DNA of 36,280 nucleotides from Trichomonas gallinae (GCA_008369845.1 MRSU01000166.1:1-36280); one strand, 5' to 3'; positions 18,802 to 28,901 are shown, counted from the stretch's first letter. Numbers and translations are program-made. The notes: generated by a model not told the origin, from the letters alone.

Positions 18802-19926
18802 TTAATAAGATGGGAATGTATTTCTGGTGCGCATTTCAAGTATCCTATTGCGAAGGAACATTTTTGTGACGAAAAATCTGGAAAGTTTTAGCAAGATTAT
18901 GCCGAAAATAAGTAATTTCATTATATTCTCAAAACCGAGCTCGTCGTAAAGTGTCTTTGGTCCATAGCAAACAGAGCTGAATGAATTGCCTTTCCCGAGT
19001 GTGTATTTGCCTTTTAGTGATGTTTCTTTTTGCGTATCGAAACAGCAGCCAGAAATAGTTGCACGGCCATCGTTAACAAATACTGAGGCTGATTTAACGA
19101 AATTTATGACTTTGTGGAAATTGCAATTTTCAATTGTTCCTTCTGCGCCGTTTCCATCAACCCATATTGCCATACCTTGTTCTGTGTTATATCTTGATAC
19201 AATGAATAAGAAGTTGCAGCTTATAACTTGGAATTTACATTGATATAAGCCAATTCCCAGATTTTTGCCTCCTGATGTGATATTCGCGAAAGTACTATAC
19301 TCAACAAGTGCATCTGTGAATCCCATTTCGAAAGCACCTGAAACAAAATTAGGATCATTATATGTGGCATTTGATTCATGGAAAATATTAGTTTTCCCAT
19401 AATATTTCGCAAATAAACAGAATTCCTTTGCTTCTATTTGAGTGAATAGGCTTCCATTTACGATAATTTCAACGCTGTTTCCATTTGTTCCAATTACTCC
19501 ATTTCTACCAGAAACCTTTGTGTGATAAACATCGCTTTTAATCCATGATACGTCAGCAGTCGAATAAATGCATCCAGCTTCAGGAGCTTTGATATAATCA
19601 AAAGTACAATGAGAAATTGCTGCACTAACTGAAGAACTGATTGCACCTCCTCTTTGTTGGCTTTGGCAATCGTAGAATCTGCATGAATAACATATCAAAA
19701 CTGTGTTTTTCGCTTCGATTCTCGTTTGAGTAAATTCTCTATCTCGATATTCTTCGGAATTGAGTTTAATTTCTTTGTTTAAAAGCTGCATTTGAGGGGA
19801 ATTTGAATTTATTTTGCTTTTTAGTGGAATATTCGCTGAAAAAATATTTTTGTTAGAATTAAAATCAATATTTTTGGAACAATTCATTTGGATAATAAAT
19901 CTTGATGTAATAAGGAATAAAACCAT
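18802..19926 (-). CDS. Parallel beta-helix (pectin-lyase/Pmp-like) protein with C-terminal hydrophobic segment
   Basis: GGAI motif, repeated CxF/ NCNF/ GCCF patterns, C-terminal LLIFGIILL. First ATG at 19926; the frame is open up to TTG 19983. Confidence 0.7.
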   Translation of the reverse strand: MVLFLITSRFIIQMNCSKNIDFNSNKNIFSANIPLKSKINSNSPQMQLLNKEIKLNSEEYRDREFTQTRIEAKNTVLICYSCRFYDCQSQQRGGAISSSVSAAISHCTFDYIKAPEAGCIYSTADVSWIKSDVYHTKVSGRNGVIGTNGNSVEIIVNGSLFTQIEAKEFCLFAKYYGKTNIFHESNATYNDPNFVSGAFEMGFTDALVEYSTFANITSGGKNLGIGLYQCKFQVISCNFLFIVSRYNTEQGMAIWVDGNGAEGTIENCNFHKVINFVKSASVFVNDGRATISGCCFDTQKETSLKGKYTLGKGNSFSSVCYGPKTLYDELGFENIMKLLIFGIILLKLSRFFVTKMFLRNRILEMRTRNTFPSY

Positions 19927-20147
19927 TATCCCAGAAATGTTTAAAAATGTAGAATTTTTTATGGTCTTCAATATTGGAATCAATATAAAAAAATGAACTC
20001 AACCATTTAATTTTTTAATAAGTATTCGTCGAACCAATGATATTTTAAGTAATACGCAAATATATTCCTAAAAAGATAAATATATTTATTATATTTAGTG
20101 AATCAAACTAACAAAAATATAAATGATCATTAAATAATGAAACAATA

Positions 20148-21428
20148 TTATTCTATCTTCTTCAACATATTGGCAATAAATCGCTTATATATCACGAACA
20201 AAACATAAAGAGTGAATTCGATTGCTGTAATCAAGAATAGAACCCTTTCGAAGGTAGTTGTATCAATTGTATCGTTTTGTTGCGAATTTTGATTCATAAT
20301 CAAATAATTTAAATCTGGTTTCTGCTTCATGAATTCTTTCGTGTAATTCAGCACATATTCTCTTGATTCATCCATAGAATCGCGTATTTCTTCTCCGAAC
20401 ATGGTTAAATTAACAACTGTTGATTCCCACATTTGGACAATTTCGTTCATCATCTTTTCTTTTATTGTTAGAGCTCGCTGCGTGACACTCAGCATTCTCT
20501 CGAACCTCTGTTGAAGAATTGGGCCAATAATCATCTTGATTTGGTCTAAACTGACTTTTGTTCTTAATCTGTGGCAAGTTTCATTGATAGCCATAAGTCC
20601 TTCGCGGATATTCACCAGATTTCCATCAAGTGTCATGTTGCGATCAAGAGATTGGTTGACTAGCTTGTAAACAACTTTCATTTTATTCCTTCGCTTCTGT
20701 TTTTTGATTTTTCTCGTATAATATGATTCGTCGAGTAATTTTCTGTTGAGATCACTGCTGTTGTCATTCGGTGGCTCCTCGTATTGTGATTTTAATGTAA
20801 CATTTACGCTTAACAAATCGAAATCTCCAACATGTACTTTAGTATTGTATCCCAAAAACGAGAAGTAGCCTTCTGACACCATATCTTTTTCAGTGACATT
20901 GAAGCAAGGCATGAAATCGTCGTCTACTGGTGTGATATAATCCATTCTGAATCCAGTTTCGTGTTTGCTGACGCGAATTGTAAACGGATGACCTTTATTG
21001 TTAATACGGCACATCATTTTGTATTTGTTCGAGCGCTCTTCATGATTATGAATATATCTATAATAAACAGGCAATGTTCCGTTATTCATTTTGGAAGTAT
21101 TGACGTAAACTGCAAGTCCTGTGTATTCATCGATGTTTTGCGTGCACAATTCGCGTGTATGGAAGAAAGCAATTCCTTCTGGACCGGTTCCTCCAGGCGA
21201 AAACTCAGCAGACATATCCCAATATTCTGCGTATGTCGGAACACGATTGCATAGGCCACCAACATCGTAATCAACGTGTTCTAAGAGTTGAAAATAATCC
21301 TTATAAACGATCGTGTTGCCGGAAACAGTCCAATTTCCTATCTCACACCCGTATGTGAGGTTGTATGGAGGAATGAGACTGTAGTGAGAAAGTTCTGATA
21401 ATGCTACAGCAAAAAGGACGAAAATCAT
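20148..21428 (-). CDS. L-type (legume-like) lectin, ERGIC-53/VIP36-like type I membrane protein
   Basis: ATG 21428 gives signal peptide MIFVLFAVALS; NWTVSG, EGIAF, GLAVY, GYFSF motifs; helical stalk; TM; C-terminal KKIE (KKxx). Confidence 0.85.
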   Translation of the reverse strand: MIFVLFAVALSELSHYSLIPPYNLTYGCEIGNWTVSGNTIVYKDYFQLLEHVDYDVGGLCNRVPTYAEYWDMSAEFSPGGTGPEGIAFFHTRELCTQNIDEYTGLAVYVNTSKMNNGTLPVYYRYIHNHEERSNKYKMMCRINNKGHPFTIRVSKHETGFRMDYITPVDDDFMPCFNVTEKDMVSEGYFSFLGYNTKVHVGDFDLLSVNVTLKSQYEEPPNDNSSDLNRKLLDESYYTRKIKKQKRRNKMKVVYKLVNQSLDRNMTLDGNLVNIREGLMAINETCHRLRTKVSLDQIKMIIGPILQQRFERMLSVTQRALTIKEKMMNEIVQMWESTVVNLTMFGEEIRDSMDESREYVLNYTKEFMKQKPDLNYLIMNQNSQQNDTIDTTTFERVLFLITAIEFTLYVLFVIYKRFIANMLKKIE

Positions 21429-21826
21429 TTTTTTCTGATATTTTGTCACTTTTTTAACAAGTGAAATTTTGTTCTCAATTTTACAGCAAATCTATAATGT
21501 TCAGCAGCAAAGAAATCAAAATAACAACAAAAATTAGCCTTTTATCGTTAAAAATTTTTAATTTAGATCAAACCTAAAAAAACAAATCAAATATATAGTA
21601 ATAGTCGTTTAAGTACGATCTTTTCTGCCATTTCCGAGAATCCGAAACAGCATATTGAAAATATATATCAATAATTTGTTATTGAATTTCTGTAAACGTA
21701 AATAGTAAGTTCTAAGGCTATAAAATATAGATTTTGATCCATAAGGTCGAAATAATTTTTGTTTTCAAAATAAAATTTCTTAATAAGTAACTATCATGTA
21801 AAATAATATCGATGAAATTGATTTGA

Positions 21827-22117
21827 TTATTCAGATTGTGTTTCTTCTATTGTATTTTTCCATACTTCGATATAAAATGGTCCAATTCGTTCGAAAAAGT
21901 GAGTTCCTTCATTGCATGTCACACAGGAGCCAAATTGTCTTCCAATGATGCAGCTCCAGCCTTCAAAATATTTGTTATCAAAACTTTCTTTAATTCTCTG
22001 AGCAATCTTATCGAAATCGTTAGTCTCTTGGATGCTTTCTTTAAATATAGCTATCAAGCTATCTCTCTGGTCCTGAGGCATGTCATTTCCTGTATGTGAA
22101 TCATTGTTTTCTTCCAT
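21827..22117 (-). CDS. Dynein light chain type 1 (LC8 family)
   Basis: DM...IAQRIKESFDNKY..WSCIIGRQFGSCVT signature. Confidence 0.92.
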   Translation of the reverse strand: MEENNDSHTGNDMPQDQRDSLIAIFKESIQETNDFDKIAQRIKESFDNKYFEGWSCIIGRQFGSCVTCNEGTHFFERIGPFYIEVWKNTIEETQSE

Positions 22118-22427
22118 TTATAATTTTAGTAATTTTGCCAAAGCATGAAAAAAATTATTTCTTTTCCAAAATTGTAGGTTTTTATCATTACATTTTGGAT
22201 TTTTCAAAAAATCAAATTTATAAAAATTAAGTATTTTAAATAATACTCCATATATACAAAAATTCACCCTTTAAATCCTAATTTTTAAGTAAAATTCATT
22301 TGATTTTTTGACAAAATTGGCGTAATTACGATTAATTTAGTGAGTTAAATGCAAATTTCCTGTTAAAATTCGAAGAAATATAATTGAGAATCTGTACGTT
22401 AAAGAAAGTTTTATTTTCCATTTTTTG

Positions 22428-22853
22428 ATGAGTCATCTTGAAGAAAGCGAACAAGAAGTGCTTGAAAGTATTGGCAAGGATGTCCTTGAGAGCTGGTCTA
22501 ATGAGAATGTTAAGCCAACTTATCCTTCCGATGTTAAAGAATCAGTCAGACAATTAATAACAATGCTCTCTACACCAAAACAGGAATTACCAGAAAACTG
22601 GCCAGAAATGTTCAGGAAAATAGTTGATAAACTTGATCCAATCGATTTTGCAATTTATGGAAAGAACATATCATACTTTTTGCTATCAAAATCGAAAGGT
22701 TGTACAGGAAAACAACATCATTCTACTGTTAAACATAATAAGAAACGTAGAGATTATTATCAGATGAAAGCTTTACTTGCTAAAAAGAACCAAAAACTCG
22801 ACATACCACCCAGAAACTTCCCAGAATGGCTGCCAACCATTTGTGGTGACTAA
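22428..22853 (+). CDS. Hypothetical protein (frame continues past the TAA)
   Basis: ATG at 22428 after Inr-like CCATTTTT; 141 aa with coding-like composition. Confidence 0.65.
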   Translation: MSHLEESEQEVLESIGKDVLESWSNENVKPTYPSDVKESVRQLITMLSTPKQELPENWPEMFRKIVDKLDPIDFAIYGKNISYFLLSKSKGCTGKQHHSTVKHNKKRRDYYQMKALLAKKNQKLDIPPRNFPEWLPTICGD

Positions 22854-23146
22854 TTATGCAAGTTTTGGAAAGTCGCGAAATATAACTCAGAAATTCCAAT
22901 TGAGAATGTAATCTTTGAGATCACTGGCACTACTATTTTACGGTTTTTGATTATTCTATGTTTTATATGTTTGATATTAAAATCTTTCATTATTTACACT
23001 TTAGTTGGCTTCTTGATAGGGAATCATGCATGCTGCTATGTCGTTAAATATCAATGTAACAAATATACAATTTATCAAATCAAAATACAAAATATAAACA
23101 CAAAATTGAGGACTGATATTCTCAGAGTACAACTACCATATGTAAC

Positions 23147-23659
23147 TTAGATTAGTAGACAGCATAAACTCGAACTTTTGAGACGACCATCATATGGATC
23201 GGATTTTGGATCGATATCATAGTTGGTCATCATTTTGTAGAAGACAGGGAAAGTAATCTTACCATTTTTAGATCCTGTTTCGTTCTCTAAAGTCAGTTCA
23301 ACTTCCTTTTTCGATAACCTTTTGTTTGCGAACTTTCCTATCTCGACAATACTATCCATCGTAAGTGCACCGTCTTTATTTTTATCAAATGCTCTGAAAA
23401 TTATCTTATATTGATTAAGTTCATCATTGTATAACTCGGCTTTCACGTACGACAAGAAATCGAATTTACTGATATATCCTTGGTTATTGAAGTCGATGCC
23501 ACGAAAGATTACATCGGAATTTTCTCGTGATATTTTTTCATTTTTTGGAATTAGTTTAATTATTTCATAAAACTTGTCCTTTGGAAGTTTGTCTTTCTTA
23601 CCAGGATCAAGTTCCTCATACTTTTTTTCTAAATCAAGAACTATTTCTTCTTTTTCCAA
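23147..23659 (-). CDS. Calmodulin-like EF-hand protein with C-terminal CaaX (CLLI); no in-frame ATG at the expected start
   Basis: DFNNQGYISKFDF and DKNKDGALTMDSI loops plus two degenerate hands; ends SSSLCCLLI. The first in-frame ATG lies inside the third EF loop. Confidence 0.8.
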   Translation of the reverse strand: MEKEEIVLDLEKKYEELDPGKKDKLPKDKFYEIIKLIPKNEKISRENSDVIFRGIDFNNQGYISKFDFLSYVKAELYNDELNQYKIIFRAFDKNKDGALTMDSIVEIGKFANKRLSKKEVELTLENETGSKNGKITFPVFYKMMTNYDIDPKSDPYDGRLKSSSLCCLLI

Positions 23660-24043
23660 AATAGCGAATGTCACTTTTGCTATACATATGAATACAAATT
23701 CCTCAAATATAGACACTGATATGGATAATAACCCCAAATTTCGTCTCAAATTCCGATTTGCTACAAAAATTAAATCAATTCTTCAAAATTAAGAATATGT
23801 ATCATAAGAAGAGGTTTGAAAGCTTCAATGGCAGCTGTATTGATGTCTTTTGGGTTTATATTTATTCCAGTATTGTATATAAAAATTAAATCAATGATGC
23901 TCCTTTAAATTATTCCAGTATTACAGAAAAACTTACAGAAAAGCAATTATAATGATATTGTTTTGCTTATCTCTATATATTATGATATAGGATAAGTAGT
24001 TTAATATGTTATATGTTGAGTTACTTTAGTGGAAATAAAATTA

Positions 24044-24074
24044 TGACATGTAAATAGGATATTAGTCATGTAAA
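24044..24074 (+). promoter_or_regulatory. TGACATGTAAA motif (copy 4) plus GTCATGTAAA variant
   Basis: Exact 11-mer at 24044-24054 and variant at 24065-24074, upstream of ATG 24126. Confidence 0.55.
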
Positions 24075-24125
24075 GTTTAATATTTAAGGGGATGGTAAGG
24101 TATATTAGGGTCTATTAAGGATTTC

Positions 24126-24575
24126 ATGAATAGAGGAAGATATGCTCCGCTATCTAAGAAAAGGCCAGTATCTATAGCTGAGCTACAAAAGTCTAAAATG
24201 ATGGAAGAAAAAGAGAAAAAGATTCCGAAATATCACTTCAAACAGAATAATTATCAACTCGAAACAATAAATAATTGCATAGAAACGCAAGAAGAAGATA
24301 CAATAAAAGAAATAATATCGACCTATCAAAGCCTTTACGATCAATATCTGTCAGCTGTTGAACGAAATGAAGATATGAGTGTATTTCGCGTTGAAATGCT
24401 GAATCAAGTGAGGGCTATCAATGGAAATTCAGCATCATTGTGCAGTTCTACAACTGAAGTTCTCTTTCAGGACAGTCCTCTCAGCGTTAGCTCAACAACT
24501 TTTAAGCCAACACTATCTTTAAAGGATGCTTCCCAAAAAGCAATCAAGTCCCATGAGATACTTATGATTGATTGA
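24126..24575 (+). CDS. Hypothetical protein
   Basis: 149-aa ATG-initiated ORF with upstream motif; no family recognised. Confidence 0.65.
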   Translation: MNRGRYAPLSKKRPVSIAELQKSKMMEEKEKKIPKYHFKQNNYQLETINNCIETQEEDTIKEIISTYQSLYDQYLSAVERNEDMSVFRVEMLNQVRAINGNSASLCSSTTEVLFQDSPLSVSSTTFKPTLSLKDASQKAIKSHEILMID

Positions 24576-25196
24576 TCCTTTATTGTCTTTGACGCATTAT
24601 TGCTTTCTTGTTTGTATTAAATTTGTGCTTTATTGAGTTTTATAGTAATTTTCATAAAACATTCATGTAAGCAATACAGCTATGCATATTTTCCTATGAT
24701 ATAACTATAACTTGAAATTTGTTATTACGAAAATAAATGATACTATTGTATTGTAATCCAGTAATCAAAATTTTGTTACAATTTTCTGGGGTTTTCTTGG
24801 ATTGATTCTGGTAAGTAGCTTACAATTTGATTTGGAAAATTTAGTTGTGTCTTTAAAATGTCTATATTGAACAAAAATCTATCATGTTCTTGAAAGAAAA
24901 CATAAATATCCTTATTAGCCTGCGAGGTTTTGATTACTTTTGGATACCATTATATTGGTCAATGCATTGATTTGCCGCTTCAAAAAATAGCTTGGCAGAG
25001 AACAACGATTATAATTATAAACAATCATCTGCATTTCTTCCATATTTTAGTAAAATAAATTTAATCAAGGCGCTGCAGGAATTGAATACTCTTATCAATG
25101 CGTTGTAGTTACCTAATTCGTGAAGAAAAACACTGTGCGTGCTTATAGGTTCTTACCTTGACTTTGTAAGTTTTGAGCTTCCAAAATTATACAATT

Positions 25197-25287
25197 TGAC
25201 AAATAAATACTTTTACATAACAAATTTTTACATTACAATTTTTTAAATCAAAAATCTGACAAATAAATAATTTTACATAACAAATTT
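25197..25287 (+). repeat. 31-bp direct repeat (2 copies, 60-bp spacing) upstream of RPB6
   Basis: TGACAAATAAATA(C/A)TTTTACATAACAAATTT at 25197 and 25257. Confidence 0.8.
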
Positions 25288-25393
25288 AGCAAAAATTCGA
25301 CTTCTTGTAAATTATGAATGAATATCATATAAAAAATTGAATGCAAAAAAAAAACAAAAAAAATTATCGTGTCGCCACTTTTCTTTTTCATTC

Positions 25394-25663
25394 ATGGAAC
25401 CAACGAGGCAGGCCGAATCATACAAGCCAATTCAGACAACAGAATACTTAACAAAGTATGAGAAAGCACGTGTGCTCGGAATTAGGGCTATGCAGATTGC
25501 AAATGGCGCGCCAGTCCAAATCGATATTGGCTCAGAAGTTGATCCACTTAACATCGCTGAAGAAGAATTGAAGCAGAAAAAGACACCGCTCATTATCAGG
25601 CGCACACTTCCTGATGGAACCTACGAAGATGTCGCTGTTAGTGAATTAAAGATTGGCTATTAA
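25394..25663 (+). CDS. RPB6: RNA polymerase I/II/III shared subunit RPB6 (RPABC2)
   Basis: [25 protein letters not shown]...DPL.IAEEEL...[17 protein letters not shown] 25394 directly after Inr TCATTC. Confidence 0.96.
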   Translation: MEPTRQAESYKPIQTTEYLTKYEKARVLGIRAMQIANGAPVQIDIGSEVDPLNIAEEELKQKKTPLIIRRTLPDGTYEDVAVSELKIGY

Positions 25664-25932
25664 GCTCATAGAACATGTTACAACTTATTACTGGCAACAA
25701 ACATCTAATTAAAAAGCTTGATTAGATGTAATTGATCGAACCAAAGCTTTAAAATGTTATTTAAATTTGGAATAAATAAGAATTTGACGATTAATATTTT
25801 ATGAAATGATATCATTGTCGAAGTGTATTAAATTGATAATAGTCAAATTGGTTCATCTTATATATAACGGGTTTTATAGAAGCAAAAATTTATTTTAGGG
25901 GCATGAAAAATAAAACAGGGTCAATCAAAATC

Positions 25933-27156
25933 ATGAATATAAGTTTGAAATTTTTAAGTTTGCAATCTGTTTCGCGGTCTCCGTTGTTGCATTTCGGCAA
26001 CATGCAATATAAAAGACAAGTCACACTGCAAAAATCGCATTTTTCTAAATTTATTTCATCGATAATGCAATTTAATCAATTCGAAAAACATATTTTAGTA
26101 AATGATAACGTTTTCAAGAAAGTTTTAAGAACATCACTAGTATTTGATTCGTTCATTACAAGTTATAAGAATCAAATATATTATGAACCGCTTGTTTTAC
26201 ACTCTTTCCAACCAACAGAAGTTAGAAATTGCAAATTCATTGGTTGTCAGTCAGTTGATTTAAATGGGGGCGCAATTTTATCATTTGGCAATATTATTGT
26301 TTCAGATTGCGATTTTATTGGATGCGGTACTCTTAAACAAGGTGGAACGGTTATGAGCCACATGAATTCCACTATAGAAAGATGCATTTGTTTAGATTGC
26401 GAATCATATTCAGTCTGCACATTTTGTACAGAGGCAACTGATCCCTCCAGCACATCTTTATCGTTTATATCAGTAGATAATGGAAATTGCAATCGTGACG
26501 GAATAATAAATTCAGGAATTGATACAGAAACTACTCACAACTATGTTAATGTAAGCAATGGATACACAGATGGAACTTATTGCGGCTCTCAGATATATGA
26601 TAAGAAACTTGTTGTAACTTTCTGTTCTTATGTATCGAATGCACATGGATACTACTCAGGAGGAATGGGAATTGAGCATTGTTATGATATATTGATCGAG
26701 AAATGTTTCTTCTTTAATCTCACACGCAAAGCTGAGCATTCATTTGGCGGTTATTGTTTGTATTTCGGTGATACTGCTTTTTCAGCTCTTGTAAAAGAAT
26801 GCACATTCATTCACTTGAACAATCCACCAAAGTCATCATGTCATTCTGGATACAGAGCGGAAAATTTAAGAATTGAAAATTGCTGCTATTCCACCCCAGA
26901 ATTTCTAGAAAGATTTGGTGCTAGTTATAAAGATTGTCAGTTTGGAGCACAATGTACGAATCCTGTAGCTTCATTGGCACCCATTGAAGAAAATGTTGCA
27001 GATGTTCCAACGAAGACGTATTTGCCTGATCATACACACAAGATGAAGAATGTTCGCATATGTGTGATATTTGCTATAGTCATTTTACTAATCATTCATT
27101 TCAATTTTATAATTATTTCATATTTAATGCCAAAACCGACCAAAAAGGTTCAATAA
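25933..27156 (+). CDS. Parallel beta-helix (pectin-lyase/Pmp-like) protein with C-terminal TM
   Basis: NCKFIGC, NGGAIL, CDFIGC, ECTF, NCCY repeats; TM ICVIFAIVILLII. Start is either 25903 or 25933. TAAA at stop. Confidence 0.75.
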   Translation: MNISLKFLSLQSVSRSPLLHFGNMQYKRQVTLQKSHFSKFISSIMQFNQFEKHILVNDNVFKKVLRTSLVFDSFITSYKNQIYYEPLVLHSFQPTEVRNCKFIGCQSVDLNGGAILSFGNIIVSDCDFIGCGTLKQGGTVMSHMNSTIERCICLDCESYSVCTFCTEATDPSSTSLSFISVDNGNCNRDGIINSGIDTETTHNYVNVSNGYTDGTYCGSQIYDKKLVVTFCSYVSNAHGYYSGGMGIEHCYDILIEKCFFFNLTRKAEHSFGGYCLYFGDTAFSALVKECTFIHLNNPPKSSCHSGYRAENLRIENCCYSTPEFLERFGASYKDCQFGAQCTNPVASLAPIEENVADVPTKTYLPDHTHKMKNVRICVIFAIVILLIIHFNFIIISYLMPKPTKKVQ

Positions 27157-27624
27157 AGATATATATGTTTGTTTTTATGTTAAAAATAAAGAATATCAGC
27201 TTCAAAATTAAACTAATCAATATATGATCTTTCAGTTCAATATATATTGCGTTGCGATTTGAGATAAACATGATAAATATAAACAATTTTCTGACCTATT
27301 CATTATTTTTTTTAGTTCTCTTAATAGAAATCAATTAGATAAATATTTCAGACTCTGGTACGGTATTTTGGATCAATACTGGAGTTATTGGTTGAGACAA
27401 AGCTGGATGCCACTAGACACAATTCTATTCCAATCAGTATCTGCAGCATCGACGAAAACTATTTAAAGCATCATCATTGATGATAACAAACACCAATATG
27501 TAACTCTTAGTAGCTGCAATACAAAGTAGATAAGCAATTGCTTATAGTCGAAATATATAGATTGTGGCACTGCATTTTTTTAGACATCATTATCGAAAAA
27601 AAAGGTAGAGTTAGAAAAATACAT

Positions 27625-27670
27625 TTTACATGACAAAAATTTATGTCAAAAACTAATTTTGACATGTAAA
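27625..27670 (+). promoter_or_regulatory. TGACATGTAAA motif (copy 5) with neighbouring TGACA/TGTCA sites
   Basis: Exact 11-mer at 27660-27670, ~47 nt upstream of ATG 27717; TTTACATGAC at 27625. Confidence 0.55.
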
Positions 27671-27716
27671 ATTCAATTAATAAACGATTTTCGACAGAAA
27701 TAAAATAATTTAGCAG

Positions 27717-28901
27717 ATGGAGCATTTAGCGCGTGCTGAAGAGGCCCTTTCTAGTCTGAAGCTATTGGTCCATCTCTATCAAGAAGGTCTTCCTCTTGAT
27801 GGAAGTACTGTTTCAGAAGAAAGTGTTAAATTATCATCAATTTCTTATGTCAGCCAGATGAAAAACAAATCATCATCAAGCATTCGCGAATCTAAAAGAA
27901 GTATCGATGAAGAAGACAAAAATATCAGAAATTCGCAAGAAAAACGTTCTTCGCAACTCAAAGAAAAAACTGGAAGGTCACCACCATCGAAACTAGGTAA
28001 AGAAGGAACAAAGAGAAAGAGCCCGCTAAAATACGATGGCCCAGAAAGAAATCCAAGCGTTGTAAAATCATATTCTCCCGAAGCAAGCAGTAATTACTCA
28101 TTTGCATCAAATTCAAATAGCAAAGATGCTATAGCAAGCTACCAAGCAGTTGGTGGCGAATTTAGCTCGGAAAATATTATTGAGCAAGAAGATCATCTTC
28201 CGCCATACGACCCAGGAAATGACGACCAGAACATGGACGAGTTCGATGAACGCATCCAGCGTCTTGCAAATTCAAATTCTTCGACTACATCAAATAAAAA
28301 TGAAAGAAATTCGGGATCAAAGCGCAGTAAGAGTGGTGGTGCAAGCTCACAAGCATTTGCTGGAGAATTCAGCTCAGATAACTTTATTATACAGCAAAAT
28401 CATCTTCCTCCTTTTAATGCTGATATTGATGCAAAGGATCCAGATGAATTCAATGAGCGTATTCAACGTCTCGCCAAGTCTAGCAACTCTAAGAGTAAAA
28501 CTAGCCCGTCTGGAAAATCTTCTGGATCAGAAAAGAAGAATGAAGTTCAACTTAGCTTATCAGATGACTCCGATCCTGATTTAGAGGTACTCAAAAAGCA
28601 CCTGATGGACAATATGAGTGAGAATTCTGAAGAAGCTGCTCCATTATTAATTTCTTCTCCAAAATCAGATAGTTTGAAGCGTGGACACTGGTCAGAGATT
28701 GAGGAAGACTCAAACAGCGCTTTAGCCAATGATAATAGCAAAGAAAAACACAGACTCGAAATTCCACTAGAAGAGGAAAGCTCAGAATTTGTTTTGCAGT
28801 CTAACCAAGATTCATCTGTTGCTTTCATCGATCCAGTTATCCTTGAGATACCAAAAGGACTCTCTGAAGAAGAACAAGCTTTATCATCTGAAGAAGTGTA
28901 A
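27717..28901 (+). CDS. Ser/acidic-rich disordered hypothetical protein with a 69-aa internal duplication
   Basis: 394-aa ORF; GEFSS.N.I....HLPP.......DEF.ERIQRLA occurs twice. Confidence 0.8.
   Translation: MEHLARAEEALSSLKLLVHLYQEGLPLDGSTVSEESVKLSSISYVSQMKNKSSSSIRESKRSIDEEDKNIRNSQEKRSSQLKEKTGRSPPSKLGKEGTKRKSPLKYDGPERNPSVVKSYSPEASSNYSFASNSNSKDAIASYQAVGGEFSSENIIEQEDHLPPYDPGNDDQNMDEFDERIQRLANSNSSTTSNKNERNSGSKRSKSGGASSQAFAGEFSSDNFIIQQNHLPPFNADIDAKDPDEFNERIQRLAKSSNSKSKTSPSGKSSGSEKKNEVQLSLSDDSDPDLEVLKKHLMDNMSENSEEAAPLLISSPKSDSLKRGHWSEIEEDSNSALANDNSKEKHRLEIPLEEESSEFVLQSNQDSSVAFIDPVILEIPKGLSEEEQALSSEEV

Noticed and set aside
22840..22865. GACTAAT as an intron branch point removing the stop
   Set aside because: No match to the trichomonad GTATGT...ACTAACACACAG consensus as I recall it; kept only as an alternative in the read-through finding.
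24850..25190. Slightly GC-richer tract with coding-like minus-strand fragments
   Set aside because: Multiple stops and no identifiable family; may be an old pseudogene but is unsupported.
27340..27590. Possible decayed divergent gene upstream of 27717
   Set aside because: Fragments could not be assigned to any family.
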